A stretch of DNA of 64,000 bases from assembly GCA_030599585.1 (NCBI GenBank), contig JAUVNS010000004.1, forward strand, positions 224,001 to 288,000, given 5' to 3'. Below, piece by piece: positions 20,313-29,044 of this stretch (position 1 is its first letter; every line of letters begins with the position of its first letter). Source of the stretch: Promethearchaeota archaeon (GTDB taxonomy: Archaea > Asgardarchaeota > Lokiarchaeia > Sigyniarchaeales > SOKP01). Both the position numbers and the translations under genes were made by a program. The notes under the pieces were generated by a model. The model worked only from the letters and a program-made list of their open reading frames with translations. It did not search any database and was not told where the DNA came from.

Positions 20313-21578
20313 GTGAAAAATATGAAGAAAGTTGCGATAATCGGGATAGGTATTACTCCTTTTAGAGCGCGCTATTTAGATAAAACATACTTTGAGCTCG
20401 CTTACGATGGGACAAAGCTTGCTTTGGAAGATGCGAACAAAAATGGGGCGGAAATCACCCATAAAGATTTAGAATCTACGGTATATGGTATATACAACGA
20501 GTTATTTGAGCGACAATTCATGCCAGATATCTTTATAAATTCTTACATCGGTATGAACAATAAACCAGGAACTCGAATAGCTTCTGGGGGCGCTACTGGC
20601 GGTTATACAGTGAGAATGGCTTACGCGGAAGTAGCCTCAGGGCTGTCTGATCTATGTCTTTGTCTTGGAGTGGAGAAATGTAACGATTGTTATGACGAAC
20701 AAACTGGTGTAACTACCCCTGAAGTTTTAAACGCAATCGCTTATTCAGCAGACATGACATACGAATATCCAATGGGCATGATGGCAGCTAGCTCTTATGT
20801 TTCAATGGTTAACGCCCATTACGAAGAATTTGGAAACCCGACCGAAGAACAAATGGCATATGTGAGTATTAAAAATCACGGAAATGCCATGTTAAATCCT
20901 AAAGCTCAATCTCCTATGCTTGTGACCGTGGAGGAGGTCTTAAACTCCCGAATAATATGTTTCCCTTTCAAGCTGCTTGACTGTTGCTTGTACTCCGAGG
21001 CTTCAGCTGCACTGATTTTAGCAAATGAAGATAAAGTGAAAGAGTTAGGGGTTGAAAATCCTATTTGGATTACGGGGGTAGGTGCAGCTAACACTGATTG
21101 TTTTATTGGAAATCGAGAAGATATGGGGCGGCTATATTCGAATATCTATGCAGCGAAAGCAGCATACAAAATGGCTGGTTTGGATTATAACAATATTAAG
21201 AGCCAGATTGACTTAGCAGAGCTACATGATGCTTTTTCTGGTCAAGAAGTTATAAGTTATGAGGAGCTTGGATTCGTACCTTTCGGAGAGGGTGGTTCGT
21301 GGATAAAGAAAACATTTGAAAAACCTGGAGAGGGCCCTTGGTTGGAAGGGGAACTCCCTTGTTGTCCTTCAGGGGGTTTGATAGGTTGCGGACACGCTGT
21401 TGGTGCAACTGGGATTATGAGTACTGGAGAGGCTGCTCTTCAATTAAGAGAAGAAGCTGGAAAGCATCAAGTATCAATTGAAAAGGGTCGAGCGATATCT
21501 CATTCAATAGGAGGTCCTGGTGCAGCTTATGCTGCCGTAATTGTAATGACAAACGAGGAGGGGTTGAAAAAACCATGA
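20313..21578 (+). CDS. SCP2-type thiolase-fold protein lacking nucleophilic Cys (possible aldolase)
   Basis: ELHDAF and GHAVGATG motifs present; ASGGATGG at the position of the CATG/CASG motif. Confidence 0.85.
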   Translation: MKNMKKVAIIGIGITPFRARYLDKTYFELAYDGTKLALEDANKNGAEITHKDLESTVYGIYNELFERQFMPDIFINSYIGMNNKPGTRIASGGATGGYTVRMAYAEVASGLSDLCLCLGVEKCNDCYDEQTGVTTPEVLNAIAYSADMTYEYPMGMMAASSYVSMVNAHYEEFGNPTEEQMAYVSIKNHGNAMLNPKAQSPMLVTVEEVLNSRIICFPFKLLDCCLYSEASAALILANEDKVKELGVENPIWITGVGAANTDCFIGNREDMGRLYSNIYAAKAAYKMAGLDYNNIKSQIDLAELHDAFSGQEVISYEELGFVPFGEGGSWIKKTFEKPGEGPWLEGELPCCPSGGLIGCGHAVGATGIMSTGEAALQLREEAGKHQVSIEKGRAISHSIGGPGAAYAAVIVMTNEEGLKKP

Positions 21579-22069
21579 GTGAAGAGTTTCAAGACCATCA
21601 AATTCGGGATGTAATAAAGATTAATTACAAATATACGATGGGGGGGCAATCAAAGTTTTTTATAGAGTTGAAGAATAATAAGCGATTGTTAGGTACAAAA
21701 TGTACAAAATGCGGTAAAACTTGGATGCCACCTAGGATTAATTGCTCGGATTGTTACGAACCTGCAGATTGGGTGGAACTTAAACAAGCTGGAACTATTG
21801 AAGTGAGCACTATAGTATGGTATACTACTTCCGCTTTTATTAAAGCAATACCTTACGGCATTGGATATATAAGATTAGATGGAGCGGAGACCGCATTACT
21901 TCAAGGTATTTTTTCAGAAAATTTGGTCCCTTCAAAAATCAAAAAAGGCAAACGAGTTAGAGCAGTATTTAACAAGCAGAGGGATGGGAAAATGACGGAT
22001 TTCTTTTTTGTTCCAGAGGATGAGTATGATAATTGGATTTTAAAACCAGAATACGAGGGAGGCGTGTAG
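21575..22069 (+). CDS. DUF35 Zn-ribbon/OB-fold protein
   Basis: CTKC..PPRINCSDC, PY.IGYIRLDGA; ATGA overlap with the thiolase gene. Confidence 0.9.
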   Translation: MSEEFQDHQIRDVIKINYKYTMGGQSKFFIELKNNKRLLGTKCTKCGKTWMPPRINCSDCYEPADWVELKQAGTIEVSTIVWYTTSAFIKAIPYGIGYIRLDGAETALLQGIFSENLVPSKIKKGKRVRAVFNKQRDGKMTDFFFVPEDEYDNWILKPEYEGGV

Positions 22070-22071
22070 AA

Positions 22072-22443
22072 ATGGGACAAGCAAAAGAAAACTTAATGAA
22101 AATCGTTGAGAAAATGAACGAAAATCCAAAAGCTCAAGCCGTATTTGTGACGAATATTGCTGGGAAAGATGTAGATTGGGAGATGTCTTTCCAGTTTAAT
22201 CTTAATAAAGACGAACCCTTCTCTTTGGAAATAAAAAACCAAAAAAGTAAAGTTTTAGACGGAACCAAATCTGAAGCACTTATAATAATGTCTGGAAAAT
22301 CTGATGCTATCGTGAGAATTTGTGAAGGAAAAGGAGATTTTACGCACGCAATATCTCGCGAAGAGATTTTAGTAGAGAAAGGTAGTGTCATGGATGTAAT
22401 TCGTCTTACAAGAGCAATCACAATCGTTCTAAAAACTAGATAA
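22072..22443 (+). CDS. SCP2 sterol/lipid-binding domain protein
   Basis: FQFNL...F.LEIKN...KV..G...A, G.GDFTHAI...I.VEKG pattern; GGAGG upstream of ATG 22072 (track start 22033 is likely too long). Confidence 0.7.
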   Translation: MGQAKENLMKIVEKMNENPKAQAVFVTNIAGKDVDWEMSFQFNLNKDEPFSLEIKNQKSKVLDGTKSEALIIMSGKSDAIVRICEGKGDFTHAISREEILVEKGSVMDVIRLTRAITIVLKTR

Positions 22444-22613
22444 CAGCGAAAGTTTGTTTATATCCAAATTCTCATTTTTTTTCCATAAAAATGTCTATTT
22501 TTTTTTAACAAATTATATTTGAAGAATTATTGGAAGATTTAGTTTATTTATAAGAACGATTAAAAAAAAAAACGAAATGGATTCATTTCATTTATAAATT
22601 GAGGATCAAAGAA

Positions 22614-22904
22614 TTAACCAGGATAATCATTTTTGGATCCCATCAGAGTGGTTGTTTCTTCGATCCATTTAGATAGGTCTTTATCAATTCGACAAAAGGT
22701 AACAATTTGGTCTAAATCCTTAAGTTTATTAAACGAACATTCTACGATCACATCCCAGGCACCATAAAGCGGAGTGGCATATGTAATCTTCCAATCCTCT
22801 TCTAGTTCTGTTGATTTTAGACCTTGTAGTTTATCTACAACCTTCCACTCAGTACCAATTACTTTTAATCTTATTAATATATACCCACGATAATACATTT
22901 TCAT
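22614..22904 (-). CDS. stand-alone Lrp/AsnC ligand-binding (RAM) domain protein
   Basis: GYILIRL...G.E..V...L, LYGAWDVIVE, ETTTL; no HTH; GGTGA RBS upstream. Confidence 0.75.
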   Translation of the reverse strand: MKMYYRGYILIRLKVIGTEWKVVDKLQGLKSTELEEDWKITYATPLYGAWDVIVECSFNKLKDLDQIVTFCRIDKDLSKWIEETTTLMGSKNDYPG

Positions 22905-22920
22905 TTTTCACCTTCTTTTC

Positions 22921-24237
22921 TTATTTTTTAACAAATTTATTTTTTCTTATATACTCGTAATTTAATTTTGTTGCTTGAGAATTTTTTTTTAACTTCTCTA
23001 TTGAATTAATTGTGTTTTTGACTTGAAATCCAATCTCACTTTGTAAACCCCATAAAGGTATAAACCCATAACTATATTTTTGATTAAAATTACTGTTCGT
23101 ATCGTAAGTCGCCAAATTTAAATCATATAACCCATAAGGAGATTCTCTGGAAACAACAGTAGCACTCCCTTTATATAATTTCAATTTTACATTGCCGGTC
23201 ACTTTTTGATTAACAACGTTAATGAAAGATTCTAATGCGTCTCTTAATGGGTCGACCCATAAGCCCTCATAAATTAATTCGGTCCATCTTTGATCAACAA
23301 TAGTTTTAAATGAATTTTCATGTTTTGTACATACAAATTTTTCAAGATCTTTATGAGCTTTAATTAAAATTGAAGCTGCAGGAACTTCATATACTTCTCG
23401 TGATTTTAATCCAATTGCGCGATCTTCCATATGGTTGACCCTTCCTATTCCATGTTTACAACCAATATTATGCAAATTTCTGATTAATTCAACACTATTA
23501 ATAGTTACACCATTTAAACTGACTGGTACGCCTTTTTCAAAATCAATTTGGATATATTCAGGAGTATCCGGAGCATTTTCTGGTGATGTTGTCCAAGCAT
23601 TACAATCTTCTGGCGGTTCAATTTCAGGATGTTCTAAGATATCACATTCTGCACTCCTTCCAAAAAGATTCTCATCAATACTATATTTTTTATTTTCCTT
23701 TTTAATCGGAATTCCATGGTACTGGGCATATTTTATTTCTTCGTCTCTGCCCATATCCCATTCAATTAAAGGTTGCAATATTTCTATATCAGGAGCATAA
23801 GCTCTTATTGTCACATTAAACCTTATTTGATCATTTCCTTTACCCGTGCATCCATGAGCTATTGTTTGAATTTTCTCCTGCTTTGCTATTTTTATTGCTT
23901 CTATAGCTATTAATGGTCTTCCTATTGCCGTACTTAGAGGATAAATTCCTTGGTATAAACCGTTTGCTTTAATAGTTGGAAAGACAAATTCATTTACAAA
24001 TTTATCTTTTAAATCAATCGTGAAGTGTTTAACTGCACCTAAGTTAGCGGCTTTTTCTTCAATTTCGTCAAATCTGGAAGGATCGGCAAATTCTTGGCCG
24101 AGATCTGCTGTGAAAGTATAAATTTTTGATTTATAATTCTCTTGTAACCACTTTATCATACAAGAAGTATCCAACCCCCCAGAAAACATTAACAATATTT
24201 TCTCATACTCTTCTTTATTAGGTCCTAATTTACTCAT
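22921..24237 (-). CDS. argG: argininosuccinate synthase
   Basis: FSGGLDTS, YPLSTAIGRP, HGCTGKGNDQIRF, YSIDENL, KSREVYE. Confidence 0.97.
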   Translation of the reverse strand: MSKLGPNKEEYEKILLMFSGGLDTSCMIKWLQENYKSKIYTFTADLGQEFADPSRFDEIEEKAANLGAVKHFTIDLKDKFVNEFVFPTIKANGLYQGIYPLSTAIGRPLIAIEAIKIAKQEKIQTIAHGCTGKGNDQIRFNVTIRAYAPDIEILQPLIEWDMGRDEEIKYAQYHGIPIKKENKKYSIDENLFGRSAECDILEHPEIEPPEDCNAWTTSPENAPDTPEYIQIDFEKGVPVSLNGVTINSVELIRNLHNIGCKHGIGRVNHMEDRAIGLKSREVYEVPAASILIKAHKDLEKFVCTKHENSFKTIVDQRWTELIYEGLWVDPLRDALESFINVVNQKVTGNVKLKLYKGSATVVSRESPYGLYDLNLATYDTNSNFNQKYSYGFIPLWGLQSEIGFQVKNTINSIEKLKKNSQATKLNYEYIRKNKFVKK

Positions 24238-24287
24238 AATTACTCAATTTTTCTCAATTTTTAAATTTTCCTTTAAAAAATCATTTT

Positions 24288-25337
24288 TTAAACAGGAAAC
24301 ATAGGAATTGATTTCAATCCCATATTCTCTCCTAAGTTAAACATTAAATTCATATTTTGAACAGCCTGTCCTGCTGCCCCCTTAACTAAATTATCAATTG
24401 CTCCTATAATAATTATTTTATTGGCACTTTTATTTAATGTAAATCCTATATCACAATAATTTGAACCCTTAATCCATTTTGTTTCAGGAAATACACCTTT
24501 CTTTGTCAAACGAATAAAAAATTCATTCTGATAATATTTTTCGTAGAATTGTTCAATTTCATCGTAACTAAATGAATTCTTGAGATTTCCATAACATGTA
24601 CATAAAATTCCTCGATTCATTGGTATAAGATGCGGCGTGAAAGTTACTGATATCTCATTTCCATATAATTCACTTAGTTGTTGTTCGATTTCTGGTGTAT
24701 GTCGATGAGAATTTACACTGTAGGCTTTTATAGATTCGTTACATTCCGAGAAATGTGTTGTAAGATTTAAAGAACGCCCTGCTCCTGATACTCCTGATTT
24801 TGCATCAATAATTATGCTATCATCCTCTAAAATTCCTTCTTTGATAAGAGGTAGAAGGCACAGTAAAGCACATGTTGGATAACAACCAGGGTTGGCAACT
24901 AATCTTGATTCTTTTATTTGTTTTCTTTTCCATTCACTAAGCCCGTAAACAGCCTGATTCAACAAATTTTTATTATTATGTTTAATCTTATACCACACCT
25001 CATATACTTCTTCAGATTTTAATCGAAAATCGGCACTCAGGTCGATAATCTTCACATTTTTTAAAATGGAATCTGATAATAATTTAGAAGTAACTCCATG
25101 AGGCAAAGATAAAAAAATAACGTCAAGTTGTTTCGCTATAGTTTCGAGTTCATTCTCTTCACATTTCAGTTCGCATATTTTGTCAAAATTTCCATAAATT
25201 GAATTATAAACTTGACTATTGTGTTTATTAGAAGACAATACTTTAATCTCTACTTCAGGATGGTGATATAATATTCTTACTAATTCTTGTCCTGCATATC
25301 CCGTTGCTCCCAATATACCTGCCTTAATCATCCTCAT
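24288..25337 (-). CDS. argC: N-acetyl-gamma-glutamyl-phosphate reductase
   Basis: GATGYAG, DLSADFRL, ANPGCYPT, KSGVSGAG, HRHTPEI, DNLVKGAAGQAVQN. Confidence 0.97.
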   Translation of the reverse strand: MRMIKAGILGATGYAGQELVRILYHHPEVEIKVLSSNKHNSQVYNSIYGNFDKICELKCEENELETIAKQLDVIFLSLPHGVTSKLLSDSILKNVKIIDLSADFRLKSEEVYEVWYKIKHNNKNLLNQAVYGLSEWKRKQIKESRLVANPGCYPTCALLCLLPLIKEGILEDDSIIIDAKSGVSGAGRSLNLTTHFSECNESIKAYSVNSHRHTPEIEQQLSELYGNEISVTFTPHLIPMNRGILCTCYGNLKNSFSYDEIEQFYEKYYQNEFFIRLTKKGVFPETKWIKGSNYCDIGFTLNKSANKIIIIGAIDNLVKGAAGQAVQNMNLMFNLGENMGLKSIPMFPV

Positions 25338-25346
25338 AAACCTCTA

Positions 25347-26540
25347 TTATTTTTGATACTGTTGTAATACTTCATTCAAAATACCTATGCCTTTATCAAT
25401 CTCCTTTTTTCCAATAATCAGAGGTGGGACAAACCTTAAAACATTTTCGCCAGCACCTAATAAGAGTAGACTTTTTTCCATACAATCTTTAACTATATTT
25501 TTGACTGAGCAATTTAATTCAATCCCGAGCATTAAACCTTGTCCCCTTACATCTATTATCATTTCATATTTTTCTTGTAATTCTATTAGCTTAATTTTGA
25601 GGTAAGCTCCTACTTCCTGTACATTTTTAAGAACTCCTCCATATAATAGCTTTTTTAGAATTACTTTGCCTGCAGTACATGCCAAAGGATTACCCCCAAA
25701 AGTAGACGCGTGATCACCTGGTTGCAAAGCATCGGCCTTATTCTGAGTAGCCAACATTGCTCCAATTGGGAAACCACCACCTAACCCTTTCGCTAATGAT
25801 ACTACATCTGGTTTTACATCAAATAATTGATAGGCAAAGAGTTTACCTGTTCTCCCTACTCCACATTGAACCTCATCAAATACAAGGACAATGTCATTCT
25901 TATCGCAAAGAGATCGAACTTTTTCTAGATAAGTCTTCTCAGCAGGATGAATTCCACCCTCTCCTTGTATAGGTTCAATAATAATTGCACACGTGTTTTC
26001 ACTAACTGCCTTCTCTAACTCATTAAAATTATTAAATTCTACGTAGGAAAATCCAGGCAATAACGGATTATATCCTTTTTGATACTTAGTTTGTCCTGTC
26101 GCAGTAACAGTTGCCATCGTTCTTCCATGAAACGATTTTTTCATTGTGATGATTTCATAGCAATTTTCTCCACGAACCTTCTTTCCATATTTCTTACTTA
26201 ACTTTATTGCCGCTTCTACCGCTTCTGCTCCACTATTACAATAAAAAACTTTGTCAAAACAACTGTTTTGAATTAAAATTTCACCTAATTCAATTGAAGG
26301 AGGCATCCAATACAGATTTGAACAATGCTGCAATTTTGCCAATTGAGTAGATATCTCTTTTACATAATCACTATCATTATAACCTAGTACGTTTACAGCT
26401 ATGCCCGCGACAAAATCTAAATACTTCTTTCCATTATTATCCCAAAGATATACTCCATTACCTTTTTCCAAAACAATAGGGAATTGGCTATAGGTGTTCA
26501 TTATAACTTTGGCACCCCTTTCAATCCATTCATTCGTCAT
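25347..26540 (-). CDS. argD: acetylornithine aminotransferase
   Basis: YLDFVAGIAVN, NSGAEA, SFHGRT, DEVQCG.GRTG, AKGLGGG; arg operon context. Confidence 0.93.
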   Translation of the reverse strand: MTNEWIERGAKVIMNTYSQFPIVLEKGNGVYLWDNNGKKYLDFVAGIAVNVLGYNDSDYVKEISTQLAKLQHCSNLYWMPPSIELGEILIQNSCFDKVFYCNSGAEAVEAAIKLSKKYGKKVRGENCYEIITMKKSFHGRTMATVTATGQTKYQKGYNPLLPGFSYVEFNNFNELEKAVSENTCAIIIEPIQGEGGIHPAEKTYLEKVRSLCDKNDIVLVFDEVQCGVGRTGKLFAYQLFDVKPDVVSLAKGLGGGFPIGAMLATQNKADALQPGDHASTFGGNPLACTAGKVILKKLLYGGVLKNVQEVGAYLKIKLIELQEKYEMIIDVRGQGLMLGIELNCSVKNIVKDCMEKSLLLLGAGENVLRFVPPLIIGKKEIDKGIGILNEVLQQYQK

Positions 26541-26578
26541 TATTCTTATCTCTTTTTTATTTCATTCTATTTTTGATT

Positions 26579-27484
26579 CTATTTTATAAACATCGTACCT
26601 ATTCCATGTGGAGTAAAAATTTCAAGCAATAAACTATGCTCTACTCGTCCATCGATAATATGGACTGTATTCACCCCATTTTGTATTGCTTCTACGCAAC
26701 ATTTTACTTTAGGAATCATTCCATTAGTGATAATCCCATCCCCTATATAGGATAACGCTTGATCGACATTCATCTCTGAAATTAGCGTTGTATGATCATT
26801 TATATTACTAAATACGCCAGATACATCTGTTAGGAAGACCAATTTTTCAGCATTTAATGATTTTGAAATTGCAGATGCTACATCATCGGCATTGATATTA
26901 TATGTGTTGCCTAAATTATCCTTGCCAATAGGAGCAATCACAGGAATTATGGAATTTTTTAATATATCTTTTAAAAGGCTAGTTTTTACATTTATAACCT
27001 CACCAACGAAACCCAAATCTTTTCCTTCAATTATCTTTTTCTTAGCATCCAATAAATCCCCATCTTTTCCACATAATCCTAAAGCATCTACACCTTGAAG
27101 TTGAATGTCGTTAACAATCCCTTTGTTAACACTACCTGCTAATACCATCTCTACAACTTCCATGGTTTCTTCATCAGTAATTCTAAGTCCGTTGAAAAAT
27201 TTTGGTTCGATACTCAGTTTTTTTAGCATTTTGTTGATTGAATGTCCACCTCCGTGTACTACTATAACATTAATACCAACTAAATTCATGAAAGCAATGT
27301 CTTCAACAAAAGTCTTCTTTAATTCAGCGTTTTTCATTGCACTCCCTCCATATTTTATTATTATCGTTTTTCCAGAAAATTTTTTAATAAACTGGAGTGC
27401 CTCAACTAAAATTTTTACCTGCTCTGTTTTTTCAATAATAATAAATACCTCCTTATGATCTATAATCACCATTAATTCGTACAT
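26579..27484 (-). CDS. argB: acetylglutamate kinase (start codon uncertain; possibly ATT at 27442/27439/27436)
   Basis: KYGGSAM, VHGGG, GLRITD, YNINAD, LTDV, GMIPK, LLLEIFT..GIGTM. Confidence 0.95.
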   Translation of the reverse strand: MYELMVIIDHKEVFIIIEKTEQVKILVEALQFIKKFSGKTIIIKYGGSAMKNAELKKTFVEDIAFMNLVGINVIVVHGGGHSINKMLKKLSIEPKFFNGLRITDEETMEVVEMVLAGSVNKGIVNDIQLQGVDALGLCGKDGDLLDAKKKIIEGKDLGFVGEVINVKTSLLKDILKNSIIPVIAPIGKDNLGNTYNINADDVASAISKSLNAEKLVFLTDVSGVFSNINDHTTLISEMNVDQALSYIGDGIITNGMIPKVKCCVEAIQNGVNTVHIIDGRVEHSLLLEIFTPHGIGTMFIK

Positions 27485-28694
27485 ATTCGTAGCTTAAATC
27501 ACAGCCCCATGCGGTTGCTTCACCAGTACCCTCCTTCAAAAGTAATTCAACTGTAATTTCATTTTCTTTCAAAATTTTTAATGCTAATTCTTCATCAAAT
27601 TGTAGAGGTGTTCCTTCTTGCATGAGCATAATCGAATGAGCACCATTATGAAAATTGATTGAAACTCCTGTAGGATTAAAATTTGCTCCAGAATATCCCA
27701 TGGCTGCTAGAATTCTACCCCAATTAGCATCTTCTCCAAAAAAAGCTGTTTTTACTAAATTTGAAGTAATAACTGATTTGCTCAAGAGTCTAGCATCTTT
27801 TTTTGATGCGGCACCTGAAACTTTTACCTCAATAAATTTCTTAGCACCTTCTCCATCTTTTACAATTTCTTGGGCTAAAAAAAGATTAACTAAATGAAGA
27901 GCTTTCTTAAATAAATAATATTCCTCATTTTCTTCCTTAATTTCTGTATTTCCCCCACATCCATTAGCTAATAGAAGCACTAAGTCATTTGTACTTGTAT
28001 CACCATCTACAGAGATCATATTATATGAGTCATCGACACTTTTTTTCAGAGCTTTATTTAATAACTCTCTTGAAATGTTGATATCCGTAGTAATGAAGGA
28101 AAGCATAGTTGCCATATTGGGATGAATCATTCCAGAACCTTTAGCCATACCTCCAATTCTGACTTTCTTATCGTCGATAGAAAACTCAACTGAAATTTGT
28201 TTTGGATAAGTATCAGTGGTCATAATTGCTTGGGCAGCCAAAAATGCGTCTGAAGTTGTATTTCCCAATTTTTCGTATGTATTATTAATTCCTGCAACTA
28301 TAGTATCAATTGGGAGCGGAACTCCAATTATTCCAGTAGATGCTACCAGAACCTGATTTTTATCTACCCCCAAACAAAATGCTAACTGATTTGCTATTGT
28401 TTCTGTATGTTTAGCCCCAACTTCCCCTGTACAAGCATTTGCATTTCCACTATTAATAACAATTGCTTTTACTCCATTTGGATTTTGAATAAGGTTCTGA
28501 TTCCATAAAATTGAGGACGCTTTAACTACATTCGTCGTAAAAACGCCAACTGCCTTAGCCGGAACTTCACTAAATATCAAAGCTAAGTCTTTTTTGCGCT
28601 CTTTAATTCCAATATGGCTACCAGTAGCACGATATCCCTTTGGACTTGTAATACTTCCACTTAATTTCTTTATACCTGTGTTGTTTATTTCCAT
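27453..28694 (-). CDS. argJ: ornithine acetyltransferase / N-acetylglutamate synthase
   Basis: NSGNANACTG, ASTGIIG, KGSGMIHPNMATML, DGDTSTND, DGEGA, WGCDLSYEYVRINGDYRS. Confidence 0.97.
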   Translation of the reverse strand: MEINNTGIKKLSGSITSPKGYRATGSHIGIKERKKDLALIFSEVPAKAVGVFTTNVVKASSILWNQNLIQNPNGVKAIVINSGNANACTGEVGAKHTETIANQLAFCLGVDKNQVLVASTGIIGVPLPIDTIVAGINNTYEKLGNTTSDAFLAAQAIMTTDTYPKQISVEFSIDDKKVRIGGMAKGSGMIHPNMATMLSFITTDINISRELLNKALKKSVDDSYNMISVDGDTSTNDLVLLLANGCGGNTEIKEENEEYYLFKKALHLVNLFLAQEIVKDGEGAKKFIEVKVSGAASKKDARLLSKSVITSNLVKTAFFGEDANWGRILAAMGYSGANFNPTGVSINFHNGAHSIMLMQEGTPLQFDEELALKILKENEITVELLLKEGTGEATAWGCDLSYEYVRINGDYRS

Positions 28695-28736
28695 TTCTTT
28701 AAACTCTTTATGATTTTTATTTTAATATCCTCTTAT

Positions 28737-28799
28737 AAAAAAATAATAAATTAGAAGAAGTGAAGAAAGAAGAATATCTCCTCAATTCTTATTATTATT
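28737..28799 (-). terminator. putative attenuator/terminator: imperfect stem-loop with pyrimidine-rich tract followed by U7
   Basis: Minus strand AATAATAAGAATTGAGGAG...TTCTTCTAATTTATTATT followed by a T7 run (28743-28737); lies between the leader stop codon and argJ. Confidence 0.5.
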
Positions 28800-28805
28800 A
28801 TAGAA

Positions 28806-28901
28806 TTAAAGCCGGAGCCGTGCCGGTCTGGGATTGTGCGGTGCTTCTAGAAATTGTATACTTACAATTTCATTATTCAAATGAGGATCAAGTGAGATCA
28901 A
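28806..28901 (-). CDS. putative arginine leader peptide (uORF) MISLDPHLNNEIVSIQFLEAPHNPRPARLRL
   Basis: TTG start 9 nt after GGTG; ends CCC AGA CCG GCA CGG CTC CGG CTT TAA; upstream of argJ; not in the ORF track. Confidence 0.55.
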   Translation of the reverse strand: MISLDPHLNNEIVSIQFLEAPHNPRPARLRL

Positions 28902-28949
28902 CCTTCATAACACCAACGCAATATTATTATTAGTATATAGAAGTGAGGC

Positions 28950-28957
28950 TATATAAA
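28950..28957 (-). promoter_or_regulatory. TATA box for the arg leader / argJBDCG
   Basis: TTTATATA on the minus strand about 50 nt upstream of the leader start. Confidence 0.5.
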
Positions 28958-29044
28958 TTAAATGAATTTTAATTGTTTTATTCCATCTAAAAAACACGAT
29001 AAGGTATTTTCATATTTTGTTAAAACTTTTCAAAAATTCAAATA

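Noticed and set aside
28888-28908. Mini-ORF MKVDLT* (ATG 28908) in the arg leader region
   Set aside because: Only 2 nt from the GGTG and has no Arg codons; the TTG frame fits better, though a role cannot be excluded.
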